Shown here one piece after another: positions 17,091 through 25,378 of a stretch of DNA of 64,000 nt. The position numbers and the translations under genes were made by a program. The notes under the pieces were generated by a model. The model saw only the letters and a program-made list of their open reading frames with translations. It made no database searches and was not told where the DNA came from. Origin of the DNA: Candidatus Omnitrophota bacterium (GTDB lineage Bacteria > Omnitrophota > Gorgyraeia > Zapsychrales > Fredricksoniimonadaceae); the NCBI GenBank assembly GCA_015233335.1, contig JADFXX010000009.1, positions 368 through 64,367 on the forward strand. The letters run 5' to 3'. Position 1 is the first letter of the stretch. Each line of letters starts with the position of its first letter.

Positions 17091-17375
17091 ATGAATGATC
17101 ATGAACAATTGAATAATGTGACTTGGGATTCTGATGTCCAAAAGAAGTTCGAGCAGATGAGCTCGAAAATACCAATCTTCTTGCGGGATATTGCCCAAAA
17201 GAAGGTGTTTCAAAAAGCGGAAGATTTTGCCCGCAAAGACGGGCGGACACTTGTTTCCCAAAAAGATCTAGTAGATGCTTTTTTTGCCGAAACGCCGTTT
17301 GGATTTCATGGCCCTATGAAGAATGATATGAACGAATTTGGTATCGACTATACAAAATATGGCTATCCGAAGTAA
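17091..17375 (+). CDS. PCP_red (protochlorophyllide-reductase C-terminal-like) domain protein
   Basis: VTWDSDVQKKFEQMSSKIPIFLRDIAQKKVFQKAEDFARKDG resembles the PCP_red domain. Confidence 0.5.
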   Translation: MNDHEQLNNVTWDSDVQKKFEQMSSKIPIFLRDIAQKKVFQKAEDFARKDGRTLVSQKDLVDAFFAETPFGFHGPMKNDMNEFGIDYTKYGYPK

Positions 17376-17436
17376 GATTTGCCTAACCCAAAATTTTGGG
17401 GTATTTTTTTATCCGATATAGATAGGGGATTTTATA

Positions 17437-18024
17437 ATGGCATCTGATGATATTTGGCCTCTCCATACACCGGTCAGACACAAAAAAGAAGGATATACCG
17501 GCTGGATCCATGCGACAACCACGATGAAGGAAGTCTTTACCGGTGACTTATCAGTTAAGTGGCAGTATACTATTCGCGTGCAGGGAAGCGAACAGCTTAA
17601 GGTGGCAGGTGCGGATGATTTAGAATGGATCGAATCTCAAGCGTCGTTTCCGAATTACGTGATGTATAAAGAATCGATTTCTGATAAGAATTATTTGCAG
17701 GAAACGCGCTTGCATGCGCTGGGGTATCAAATATCAGATTTAAATTCTCAGGAACGATGGAATATATTGAAATTCGTAGCTATTCCTATGCTCGGAGCTA
17801 AGGAAGTTGTCAGGACGGTCATGGCTGTTATTTCTTCCAGAATTGCCCGTCCTGCTAATGCGGATAAATTCCGTCATGCGATCAGAGCATGGAATAAGGA
17901 TTTAAATGCAATCGTCCTGCATTGCAAAGGGACAGAGGATGAGGCTTCCATTTATTCCTCTGTTTCTTATATCCAGCGCAAGCTATTAGATGCTAAAATG
18001 ATCGACAAAAAGGACTTAGTCTAA
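17437..18024 (+). CDS. hypothetical protein
   Basis: 195-aa ORF. No motif recognised. Confidence 0.45.
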   Translation: MASDDIWPLHTPVRHKKEGYTGWIHATTTMKEVFTGDLSVKWQYTIRVQGSEQLKVAGADDLEWIESQASFPNYVMYKESISDKNYLQETRLHALGYQISDLNSQERWNILKFVAIPMLGAKEVVRTVMAVISSRIARPANADKFRHAIRAWNKDLNAIVLHCKGTEDEASIYSSVSYIQRKLLDAKMIDKKDLV

Positions 18025-18046
18025 TATTTAATTTCAGGAGGTTGGG

Positions 18047-19126
18047 ATGAGTATAAAGGATCTGCTCAAAGAGATGCTTGACCGTAACGCCTCGGACCTG
18101 TTTTATCGCGCCGGCGGATCCGTTCGTTTCAAAATTGACGGCAGCCTTGTTCCTTTGGACTATAAAGAGTTGACCGTGGAGGATGTTGTCCGTGCAGTCG
18201 ACGAGTTGACGACGGTCAAACAGCGGGAAATTTTTAAGGAAAAAATGGATATTTCTTTTGCTATATATATCCAAGAATTAAAAATGCGTTTTCGCGTCAG
18301 TATTTTTATGCAAAAGAACTGGCCTTCAATCGTCATCCGAAGGATCAATAACAGTGTGCATTCATTTGAAGAGCTGAATTTACCGGCGAATATCTTAAAA
18401 AAGCTCGCGATGGAAAAAAGGGGGCTGGTGCTTTTAACCGGGAGTATGGGCAGCGGTAAATCCACGACCATTGCCAGCATGATTGATTACATCAATTGTA
18501 ACAGTAAAAAACATATTTTGACTGTTGAAGAGCCGATCGAACACACATTTGAAGACAAGGCGTCGCTGATCAATCAAAGAGAATTAGGAATAGATGTTGC
18601 TTCTTATCCGGTGGCTTTGCGTGCATTTACCTTGCAGAGCCCTGATGTTATATTTATAAGTAATATCTGCGATCTTGAAACGATGTCGAGTGCCATAACG
18701 GCCGCTGAAACCGGAGTATTGGTTTTAAGCACTTTACATACGATCAATGCCGCACAGAGTATAGAACGGATTATTAATTTCTTCCCGCCGCATCAGACTC
18801 AGGAGGTGAGGAACCAGCTTTCTTTTTTGCTCAAAGGCGTAATATCTTTAAGGTTGGTTCCCATGAAAAGCGGTGCGGGGCGCATTCCTGCCTGTGAAGT
18901 CATGCTTCTTACTCCGACGGTGAGTCGATTGATAAGGGAAGGCAAGGTCTGGGAGATCCCTAAGTTTATCGATGAAGGCACAATTTTTGGCATGCAATCG
19001 TTTAACCAGTCTTTGGTAAGATTGGTCAAGGAGGGCAAGGTTGCAGAAGAACAGGCTGTTGAGTTTTCGGACAGTAGAGATGAATTTACCCAAACGTTAA
19101 GAGGTATAAAAAGAAGAGAGGAATAA
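18047..19126 (+). CDS. pilT: PilT-family type IV pilus retraction ATPase
   Basis: Walker A GSMGSGKST, EEPIE (Asp box), and the His-box region LSTLHT. Confidence 0.85.
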   Translation: MSIKDLLKEMLDRNASDLFYRAGGSVRFKIDGSLVPLDYKELTVEDVVRAVDELTTVKQREIFKEKMDISFAIYIQELKMRFRVSIFMQKNWPSIVIRRINNSVHSFEELNLPANILKKLAMEKRGLVLLTGSMGSGKSTTIASMIDYINCNSKKHILTVEEPIEHTFEDKASLINQRELGIDVASYPVALRAFTLQSPDVIFISNICDLETMSSAITAAETGVLVLSTLHTINAAQSIERIINFFPPHQTQEVRNQLSFLLKGVISLRLVPMKSGAGRIPACEVMLLTPTVSRLIREGKVWEIPKFIDEGTIFGMQSFNQSLVRLVKEGKVAEEQAVEFSDSRDEFTQTLRGIKRREE

Positions 19127-19148
19127 TGATGAAAGGTTACGGTGTCTA

Positions 19149-19682
19149 TTGAAACGGGCAGGGTGTTTAACATTGAGTGTGGGTTTTTTCTTGGCATTTT
19201 GGGGTCTTGCCCAAGGAGCTGATCAATCCTCATCTGACGGGGTTCTAGTTTCTGGGGCTGTTGGTGCCCAGGCTTCAGATCAGCAGAACAGTAGCAATAA
19301 CAGGCGTCGAAGCCAATTGATCCTTGTGGGCGGTGAGGACAGTTCTTCCCAAAACACTCTGCCCAACAGCAACAGTAACAAGGGGAGCTTTAATCAACCG
19401 ATGGATGAGATAGTTATTAAAGCAACAAGTGTTATCATGTCGCAAATGACAGCGAATATGAAATTAACGCAGGAGCAAATTAATACCATTCGGCCGATCA
19501 TAGAGGATAATATAGTAAGAACCAGGGAGCTTCAGCTGCTTTTAGAAAAAGGGACCATTGACGCTAAGACCATGTATACCCGAAGGGAGCAGTTGAATAA
19601 TGGCAAGAATCAAGCTTTGAGCCGCATTCTCAATTCAGATCAAATGAAAGTATGGATGAGCATCCAAAATCCATCTGATTAA
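19149..19682 (+). CDS. exported LTXXQ-motif (CpxP/Spy-like) protein
   Basis: Signal peptide ending AQG|AD, an S/N-rich linker, and the motif LTQEQINTIRP. TTG start. Confidence 0.45.
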   Translation: MKRAGCLTLSVGFFLAFWGLAQGADQSSSDGVLVSGAVGAQASDQQNSSNNRRRSQLILVGGEDSSSQNTLPNSNSNKGSFNQPMDEIVIKATSVIMSQMTANMKLTQEQINTIRPIIEDNIVRTRELQLLLEKGTIDAKTMYTRREQLNNGKNQALSRILNSDQMKVWMSIQNPSD

Positions 19683-20330
19683 ATGAAAAACAGTGTGTGG
19701 ATAGCAGGTCCTTATATTGAGTGCATAATACTTGTCTTTATGTTTTGGATATTTTCAGAAATTAGTTTTGGGATAGGAAGCGCTGAGACGGGCAGTTTTA
19801 ATGAATATATCAATTCGCCGCAGGGGGCTGGGGAGAATTTAACCGGTAAAAACAGTAATCCTGTTCAGGCCGTAAACGAGGCCAAAACAACTAATGAAGC
19901 TCCTCAAGTAGATTCGCAAGGAATGCCAGCCTCATGGCAAACTTGTGCCGAGACTGGTAATTGCGCTGCCGCGATCGCAGAATCACCGTCATGGGATTTT
20001 GTTGCTGCGTCTGTGGAAAAGCCCGTCGATAAGAATATTCAATCTACCCCAACAGATTCTCAACCGGTGTCGCAAGGGGTTCCTGCCCGGTGGCAGGCAT
20101 GTGCCAAAGATAATGATTGTACGGCTGTCGTAGTCGATTGTGTATCGTGGGAGCCGTTAAACAAGAAGTATCTGCCTAAATTTTTCAAAGATTTGAACTC
20201 TTGTCTGGCCTCTATTGATCCCGGTTTTCAGCCACAGGTGCTTTGCGTTGATCGTGCGTGTAAAACCACAGGGAAAACTACACACGTCTCATGGGAAGAG
20301 TGGTTAAACGAGATGAGAAATTACCAGTAA
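19683..20330 (+). CDS. exported cysteine-rich protein with an internal duplicated module
   Basis: SQGMPASWQTCAETGNCAAAIAESPSWDFV and SQGVPARWQACAKDNDCTAVVVDCVSWEPL are clear repeats. Confidence 0.5.
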   Translation: MKNSVWIAGPYIECIILVFMFWIFSEISFGIGSAETGSFNEYINSPQGAGENLTGKNSNPVQAVNEAKTTNEAPQVDSQGMPASWQTCAETGNCAAAIAESPSWDFVAASVEKPVDKNIQSTPTDSQPVSQGVPARWQACAKDNDCTAVVVDCVSWEPLNKKYLPKFFKDLNSCLASIDPGFQPQVLCVDRACKTTGKTTHVSWEEWLNEMRNYQ

Positions 20331-20779
20331 AGTCTTTTGAATCTTGCTGAATACAAGTTAATCCATTTGCGGGAAGCTTCTTCCATGGAAATTTCTTTGC
20401 CTGATTGCACTCTGAGCATGTCCCTGTAGCCGGCGATCAGGTAGATCTGTTCGACCATTTTAGCTTTGAAAGCTTCCTGGGTCTTTGAGAAATTTACGGC
20501 GATATCATAAAGTTTTGTTTCTGAATTCTGAATACATCGGACGACTTGTGCTCTGACATTAAAGATTTTGTTTTCAAAAGGCATTTTGATCACGATCTTG
20601 GATTTAGGGTCAACCGGATGTTTGGATGGGAACAGCAAGCCCCCTAAGCTGACATTGATCGTTTTTGATCGGATATCTTCCCGATCTTTCTTTTGACTTT
20701 TTTCAATGATTTTATACGAAAGAGGTATGCACAGCGGGTGACGGATGAAATGGCGATATTCAATGACTTGCATAGGCAT
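20321..20779 (-). CDS. PilZ domain protein (c-di-GMP receptor-like)
   Basis: RHFIRHP (RxxxR) and NVSLGGL ((D/N)xSxxG) motifs. Confidence 0.7.
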   Translation of the reverse strand: MPMQVIEYRHFIRHPLCIPLSYKIIEKSQKKDREDIRSKTINVSLGGLLFPSKHPVDPKSKIVIKMPFENKIFNVRAQVVRCIQNSETKLYDIAVNFSKTQEAFKAKMVEQIYLIAGYRDMLRVQSGKEISMEEASRKWINLYSARFKRLYW

Positions 20780-20846
20780 CCTTAGGTTGGGTTATTTTTA
20801 TTAATTTTATTATAACATACCCTTTAAATGATTGACAAGGAAAGTA

Positions 20847-21023
20847 ATGTGGGATTGTAAACATAGACGGTCATCGGATGACACCTGTAGGAAAAGAAAA
20901 ACAAAATGTTTTCCTGGGGGCATCGGCTGTGTTTTAAAAGGAAAATATGAAATTCCTTTCAGGGAACAAAATGATCCGCTGTTAAAAAGCAAAAGACCAG
21001 TAAAGCCCAAGGGGAAGAAGTAG
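20847..21023 (+). CDS. small basic cysteine-rich protein (candidate)
   Basis: MWDCKHRRSSDDTCRKRKTKCFPGGIGCVLKGK... is preceded by AGGAAAGTA and followed directly by a strong terminator. Confidence 0.3.
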   Translation: MWDCKHRRSSDDTCRKRKTKCFPGGIGCVLKGKYEIPFREQNDPLLKSKRPVKPKGKK

Positions 21024-21030
21024 TTTGCGG

Positions 21031-21064
21031 GGGAGGGTTGACCAGTCCGCCCTCCCTTTTTTTT
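21031..21064 (+). terminator. rho-independent terminator
   Basis: GGGAGGG / CCCTCCC stem followed by T8. Confidence 0.65.
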
Positions 21065-21131
21065 GTAGTGATTTTACATCTTGTTTGATATAATTGACCA
21101 ATCCAATTTGCAATAGAATAGAGGAGGGCAT

Positions 21132-21644
21132 ATGCAAGCACAAATAGACAAAATTTACGGATATTTGATCCAATACGGCCTTAATTTTTTTGCGGCTGTC
21201 CTTATTTTTATTATCGGCAAATGGGCGGCAAACATCGTTTCCAGGTTATTTGAAAGGTTATTACTTAATACAAAGGTAGAGAAAACTCTTGCTGTTTTTG
21301 GGAAGAACATCGTTTATTTTACGATTTTGACCTTTGTCGCTATTGCGGCCTTGAATAAGGTGGGGGTTGAGACAAATTCTTTTCTGGCGATTATCGGTGC
21401 GGCAGGCTTGGCTGTAGGGCTTGCTCTTCAGGGCTCTTTGTCCAATTTTGCGGCCGGTGTCATGATGATCATTTTCCGTCCCTTTGCTTTGGAAGATTAT
21501 ATTGAAGCCGGTGGGGCAGAGGGGACAGTGATCGAGATCCAGATATTCAACACCATCCTCATGACCAAAGACAATAAACGTGTCATAGTCCCTAATGCCA
21601 AGATCACCGGTGACAAGATCACCGTTTATCCTAAATCAGAATGA
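21132..21644 (+). CDS. short MscS-family mechanosensitive channel protein, copy 1
   Basis: Three TM helices plus the beta-domain signature GTVIEIQIFNTILMTKDNKRVIVPNAKI. At only 170 aa it lacks the C-terminal alpha/beta domain. Confidence 0.75.
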   Translation: MQAQIDKIYGYLIQYGLNFFAAVLIFIIGKWAANIVSRLFERLLLNTKVEKTLAVFGKNIVYFTILTFVAIAALNKVGVETNSFLAIIGAAGLAVGLALQGSLSNFAAGVMMIIFRPFALEDYIEAGGAEGTVIEIQIFNTILMTKDNKRVIVPNAKITGDKITVYPKSE

Positions 21645-21658
21645 AAAGGAGGGTTTAG

Positions 21659-22186
21659 ATGGCAGACCTATTACCAGAAAAGTGGATGAAGGCTATTGCT
21701 GTCACAACAACCGTATTAGCGGTTGTAGCATCTATTGCATCATCAAGATCGGCATTCTTTATCGCCAAGGCACAGTTGTTAACGGCCCTTGAGGGCAGTC
21801 AATGGGGCTATTACCAGGCAAAAAGCATCAAACAAAATTTATATGAAACCCAGTTGAAATCTTTTGAAGTTGATATGCTAGGCGATATCAATCCCAAGCA
21901 GAAGGAGCTTCTGGCGCAGAATTTACAGAATTATGTCAAGGACATTGCCCGTTATGACAAAGAGAAGGCCGAGATTAGAAAACAGGCGGAGGGTACCAAT
22001 AAGGAAAATGAAATTGTCGGCAGACGGGGCGGCCAGTTTTCTTTAGCTGTTGTGTTTTCGCAGATTGGCATTATGCTTTCTTCTGTAGGCGCTCTGTTAA
22101 AGAGAAAAGAAATGTGGATGGTCGGCCTCGTAATGGGGGCTATTTCAATATTTTTTCTTGCTAATGGTTTTTTGCTATTTTTATAA
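21659..22186 (+). CDS. DUF4337-family protein
   Basis: WGYYQAKSIKQNLYE and a C-terminal TM pair, as in DUF4337. Confidence 0.65.
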   Translation: MADLLPEKWMKAIAVTTTVLAVVASIASSRSAFFIAKAQLLTALEGSQWGYYQAKSIKQNLYETQLKSFEVDMLGDINPKQKELLAQNLQNYVKDIARYDKEKAEIRKQAEGTNKENEIVGRRGGQFSLAVVFSQIGIMLSSVGALLKRKEMWMVGLVMGAISIFFLANGFLLFL

Positions 22187-22226
22187 CAGGAGTTTTTTGT
22201 TGAGTTTTAACGAGAAAGGGATTTTT

Positions 22227-22718
22227 ATGAAGAAAATACTGCTGTTGGGCGGTTGTTTCTTTTTTTTATTTTGTCCTGCTTATGCCCAATTGGGAAATTT
22301 AATGAATAATATCAAAAGCAATCCCCTTCTGGCCCAGCAGGGCCTGAACCAGGGCATTATCGGTAAGATCCAAAACATCGGTTCTATTTTTGCGCAGTTG
22401 CCTTTTGATAGCGGCAAGTTGGAATTTGTCAAAGCGGCCTTGCCTATATTGAATCAGGTTTATTCAATGAGTGCCAGCTCTTTAGGGAATCTTCAAGCGG
22501 GCAAACCCGTTGATGCCAATCAATCAACTAAGATCAATGGCTTGTTGGATCAGGTTAAATCGATGATCGCCCAACATTGGAGTCATAATCCTTTGGCTCC
22601 TGCCCAAATTCCGCAAGCAAATAATCAGATCCAACAATTCATAGGTCTGCTGAAGGATATAGTACAGAATGAAACGGATTCATTGCAAAAGCAGATTTCA
22701 GTGCCGAGCAGTCATTAA
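22227..22718 (+). CDS. exported hypothetical protein
   Basis: Start moved to MKKILLLGGCFFFLFCPAYA (signal peptide). Confidence 0.45.
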   Translation: MKKILLLGGCFFFLFCPAYAQLGNLMNNIKSNPLLAQQGLNQGIIGKIQNIGSIFAQLPFDSGKLEFVKAALPILNQVYSMSASSLGNLQAGKPVDANQSTKINGLLDQVKSMIAQHWSHNPLAPAQIPQANNQIQQFIGLLKDIVQNETDSLQKQISVPSSH

Positions 22719-22738
22719 TAAAAAACGAAAGGAAACGT

Positions 22739-23149
22739 ATGAAGAAAAAATTATTAACAGCAGTCGTGGGGATCTTTGTTTTAGGGTTTGCGAGTTTAGC
22801 CCATGCAGATTTCATCGGGAATAAGGATTCCAAAACGTTCCATACGGATACGTGTCCTATGGTTAAACTGATGAAAGATGCAAATAAGGTTGTCTTTAAA
22901 ACTGCCGCTGATGCGATCAAAGCAGGTTATGCTCCCTGCAAGAAGTGTACGCCAACAGATCCGGCCGCGGTGATGGTGTTTGTGGGCAACAAAAGCTCCA
23001 TGATCTATCATAAGGCAGATTGCCGTTTGGTCGCGTCTATTAAATCTGATAATATTGTCAAATTTGCCACAGAGGCAGATGCCAAGAAGGCCGGCTATAA
23101 GCCATGTTCCATTTGTTTTCTGAAGGATAAAAGCAAAACGACAAAGTGA
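22739..23149 (+). CDS. exported protein with two Ada-like zinc-binding (sunset-type) modules
   Basis: Signal peptide, then two copies of the pattern K..HT/K..C......N.V.F....A.KAGY.PC..C. Confidence 0.55.
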   Translation: MKKKLLTAVVGIFVLGFASLAHADFIGNKDSKTFHTDTCPMVKLMKDANKVVFKTAADAIKAGYAPCKKCTPTDPAAVMVFVGNKSSMIYHKADCRLVASIKSDNIVKFATEADAKKAGYKPCSICFLKDKSKTTK

Positions 23150-23162
23150 TAGCGGAGGGTAT

Positions 23163-23669
23163 ATGCAGGCGCAGATAGATAAGATTTATGAATATTTGAC
23201 GCAGTTTGGGCTTAATTTTATTGCGGCTTTGGCCATTTTTATTATCGGCAAATGGGCAGCTCATATAGTTTCAAGGCTGTTTGAGAGATTCCTGCTGAAA
23301 GCGAAGGTGGAGAAGACCCTTGCCATTTTTGGTAAGAACGCGGTTTATTTTACCATCCTGACCTTTGTCGCTATTGCGGCCTTGAATAAGATAGGGGTGG
23401 AGACCAGTTCTTTTTTGGCTATTATCGGCGCGGCCGGTCTGGCCGTGGGACTCGCCCTTCAGGGGTCTTTGTCCAATTTTGCATCGGGCGTGATGATGAT
23501 CATTTTTCACCCCTTCGCTCTGGAAGATTATATTGAAGCCGGCGGGGCAGAGGGCACGGTGAGTGAGATCCAGATATTCAATACCATTATCACAACCAAG
23601 GATAATAAACGCGTCATTGTCCCTAACGCCAAGATTACCGGGGATAAAATCACCGTCCATCCCAAATAA
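23163..23669 (+). CDS. short MscS-family mechanosensitive channel protein, copy 2
   Basis: 168 aa; most residues are identical to the 21132-21644 product. Confidence 0.75.
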   Translation: MQAQIDKIYEYLTQFGLNFIAALAIFIIGKWAAHIVSRLFERFLLKAKVEKTLAIFGKNAVYFTILTFVAIAALNKIGVETSSFLAIIGAAGLAVGLALQGSLSNFASGVMMIIFHPFALEDYIEAGGAEGTVSEIQIFNTIITTKDNKRVIVPNAKITGDKITVHPK

Positions 23670-23696
23670 TGAGGGAAATCCAAGGATGATATAGCA

Positions 23697-24452
23697 ATGA
23701 AAAGTATCTTTTTGTATTTTGGCGCTGGGGTACTAGTTCTCGTTATCACCGTTCTCATTGCAGTGGGATTGTATATCGGTCCGATCGTCAAGATCGGGAT
23801 GGAGAAGATCGGGCCTCAAATAACCCAGGTTTCGATCAAGGTGGATGCCGTTGATATATCGCTTTTGACCGGCGGGGCGCAAGTCAAGGGTCTTGTTGTA
23901 GGCAACCCTAAGGGGTACAAAAATTCTCAGGCTATCAGTGTCGGGGCCATGACTGTGAGTGTGGCCCCGTTTTCAGTCTTATCGAATAAAATTGTTGTTC
24001 GCAGGGTCCAGGTCAAATCTCCTGAAATTACTTTCGAAGGAGGCTTAAGCCGTAATAATCTAAGCAAGATCATGGACAATGTTAATGCGCAGGCCCAAAA
24101 AATGGGAGTAGCTCCCTCCAATAAACCTGCCCCCAAAATTGAGGTGGACGACTTTCTGATAACGGGGGCTAAGGTTCATGTCAGCCTCACAGGGCTTTCG
24201 AGTCAAGGTATGACCTTGCCGTTACCGGACATTCATCTGACTGATTTGGGGCGTGACAGCAATGGGCTCACCCCGGCCGAGCTCACTCGTGCCGTTTTGA
24301 ACGCCATTGACAGCGATACTATTAAAGTCGTCACCAGCGCCGTCACGGGCCTGGCTTCCGGCGTAACAAGTCTGGGTAAGCAGACAGGTCAAACAGTGGT
24401 CCAAAGCGTCAGTAAGGTCACCAGTACTTTGGGCGGTCTGTTCGGTAAATAA
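23697..24452 (+). CDS. AsmA-like N-terminal-domain membrane protein
   Basis: N-terminal TM helix followed by beta-rich repeats (VDAVDISLLTGGAQVKGLVVGNPKGY...VQVKSPEITFEG). Confidence 0.45.
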   Translation: MKSIFLYFGAGVLVLVITVLIAVGLYIGPIVKIGMEKIGPQITQVSIKVDAVDISLLTGGAQVKGLVVGNPKGYKNSQAISVGAMTVSVAPFSVLSNKIVVRRVQVKSPEITFEGGLSRNNLSKIMDNVNAQAQKMGVAPSNKPAPKIEVDDFLITGAKVHVSLTGLSSQGMTLPLPDIHLTDLGRDSNGLTPAELTRAVLNAIDSDTIKVVTSAVTGLASGVTSLGKQTGQTVVQSVSKVTSTLGGLFGK

Positions 24453-24464
24453 TTTACATTGTAC

Positions 24465-24524
24465 AAAAAGTAGGGACAGACATTAATTTCTATTAAAAAA
24501 ATTAGTGTCTGTCCCTACTTTTTT
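24465..24524 (+). terminator. long-stem terminator
   Basis: GTAGGGACAGACATTAAT / ATTAGTGTCTGTCCCTAC (one mismatch), flanked by an A-run and a T-run. Confidence 0.7.
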
Positions 24525-24535
24525 CAGAAAATTTC

Positions 24536-24579
24536 TTGACAAAATTCTTTCAATAAGGATAATAGCATACCAATATCCT
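24536..24579 (+). promoter_or_regulatory. promoter with overlapping inverted repeat (candidate Rrf2 operator)
   Basis: TTGACA (24536-24541), then GATAAT/ATAATA around 24558-24564. The inverted repeat AGGATA-N12-TATCCT (24556-24579) overlaps the -10. Confidence 0.4.
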
Positions 24580-24582
24580 ATT

Positions 24583-24981
24583 ATGATCTCAAAAACGAGT
24601 TTACAAACGATCAAAGCTTTATTAGAACTAGCCCATCTGCCGTCAGGTAAAACAGAGGGGGTCGGCAGTATCGCCCGCAGGATTCGTGCCCCGCAAAATT
24701 ATTTAGGCAAGGTCCTGCAGCGTTTGGTTAAAGAAGGTGTTGTTGTTTCTCAAAAAGGTTTAAACGGCGGTTTTCGTTTGGCTCAAATGCCGGCACAGAT
24801 CAGTCTCTACGATGTCGTGAGCTCTCTGGAGGATATCAAGCGCTGGGAAGGTTGTTTTATGGGTAAATCAATTTGCTCAGGATCGACGGCATGCAGCATG
24901 CATAAGCGCTGGGAGGGGGTACGCAGCGCGTATATTGATTTTCTTAAGAACACCACTATTGCTGACTTAAAAAATAACTAG
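24583..24981 (+). CDS. Rrf2-family transcriptional regulator (NsrR/IscR-like, three-Cys cluster motif)
   Basis: wHTH region SIARRIRAPQNYLGKVLQRLVKEGVV, plus C-x6-C-x5-C near the C-terminus. Start moved to the ATG at 24583. Confidence 0.8.
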   Translation: MISKTSLQTIKALLELAHLPSGKTEGVGSIARRIRAPQNYLGKVLQRLVKEGVVVSQKGLNGGFRLAQMPAQISLYDVVSSLEDIKRWEGCFMGKSICSGSTACSMHKRWEGVRSAYIDFLKNTTIADLKNN

Positions 24982-25032
24982 GTCATTATTTTTTAACCTA
25001 AAATAGGACAATCAGATGCGATTATAAAGGAG

Positions 25033-25353
25033 ATGACTATGAACAAGCAGGGGTTTTCACTTAATTTATTTGAAGAAATGGTTTTTCCCAAGGATGGTAT
25101 TTTTAGCAAGGTCATTGCCAAAGCGCCTTCCTATAACTTTACGCTGATGTGTTTGGCCAAGGGGACCGACATGGACACGCATACATCGACCAAAAACGGC
25201 TGTGTCTATGTTCTTAAGGGCAAGGGGACATTCAGGCTTTTTGATCGAGACATTGTCATGCAGGAAGGGGTATGTATTTTTATGCCCGCCGATGCCCCGC
25301 ACTCTTTAAAGTCTGACGAAGATTTGGCGATTTTATTATCCTTAAGTGTTTAA
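25033..25353 (+). CDS. cupin domain protein
   Basis: DTHTS...VYVLKG...MPADAPHSL is cupin_2-like. Confidence 0.7.
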   Translation: MTMNKQGFSLNLFEEMVFPKDGIFSKVIAKAPSYNFTLMCLAKGTDMDTHTSTKNGCVYVLKGKGTFRLFDRDIVMQEGVCIFMPADAPHSLKSDEDLAILLSLSV

Positions 25354-25378
25354 CATTAATTAGAGAAAGAGGCTTTGT

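Noticed and set aside
18799-19233. 144-aa minus-strand ORF
   Set aside because: It is antisense to the pilT 3' end and the next gene's start, with no supporting signals.
24505-24582. N-terminal extension of the Rrf2 ORF
   Set aside because: It would cover the terminator T-run and the TTGACA/-10 promoter. The Rrf2 family N-terminus begins at MISKTSLQTIKAL.
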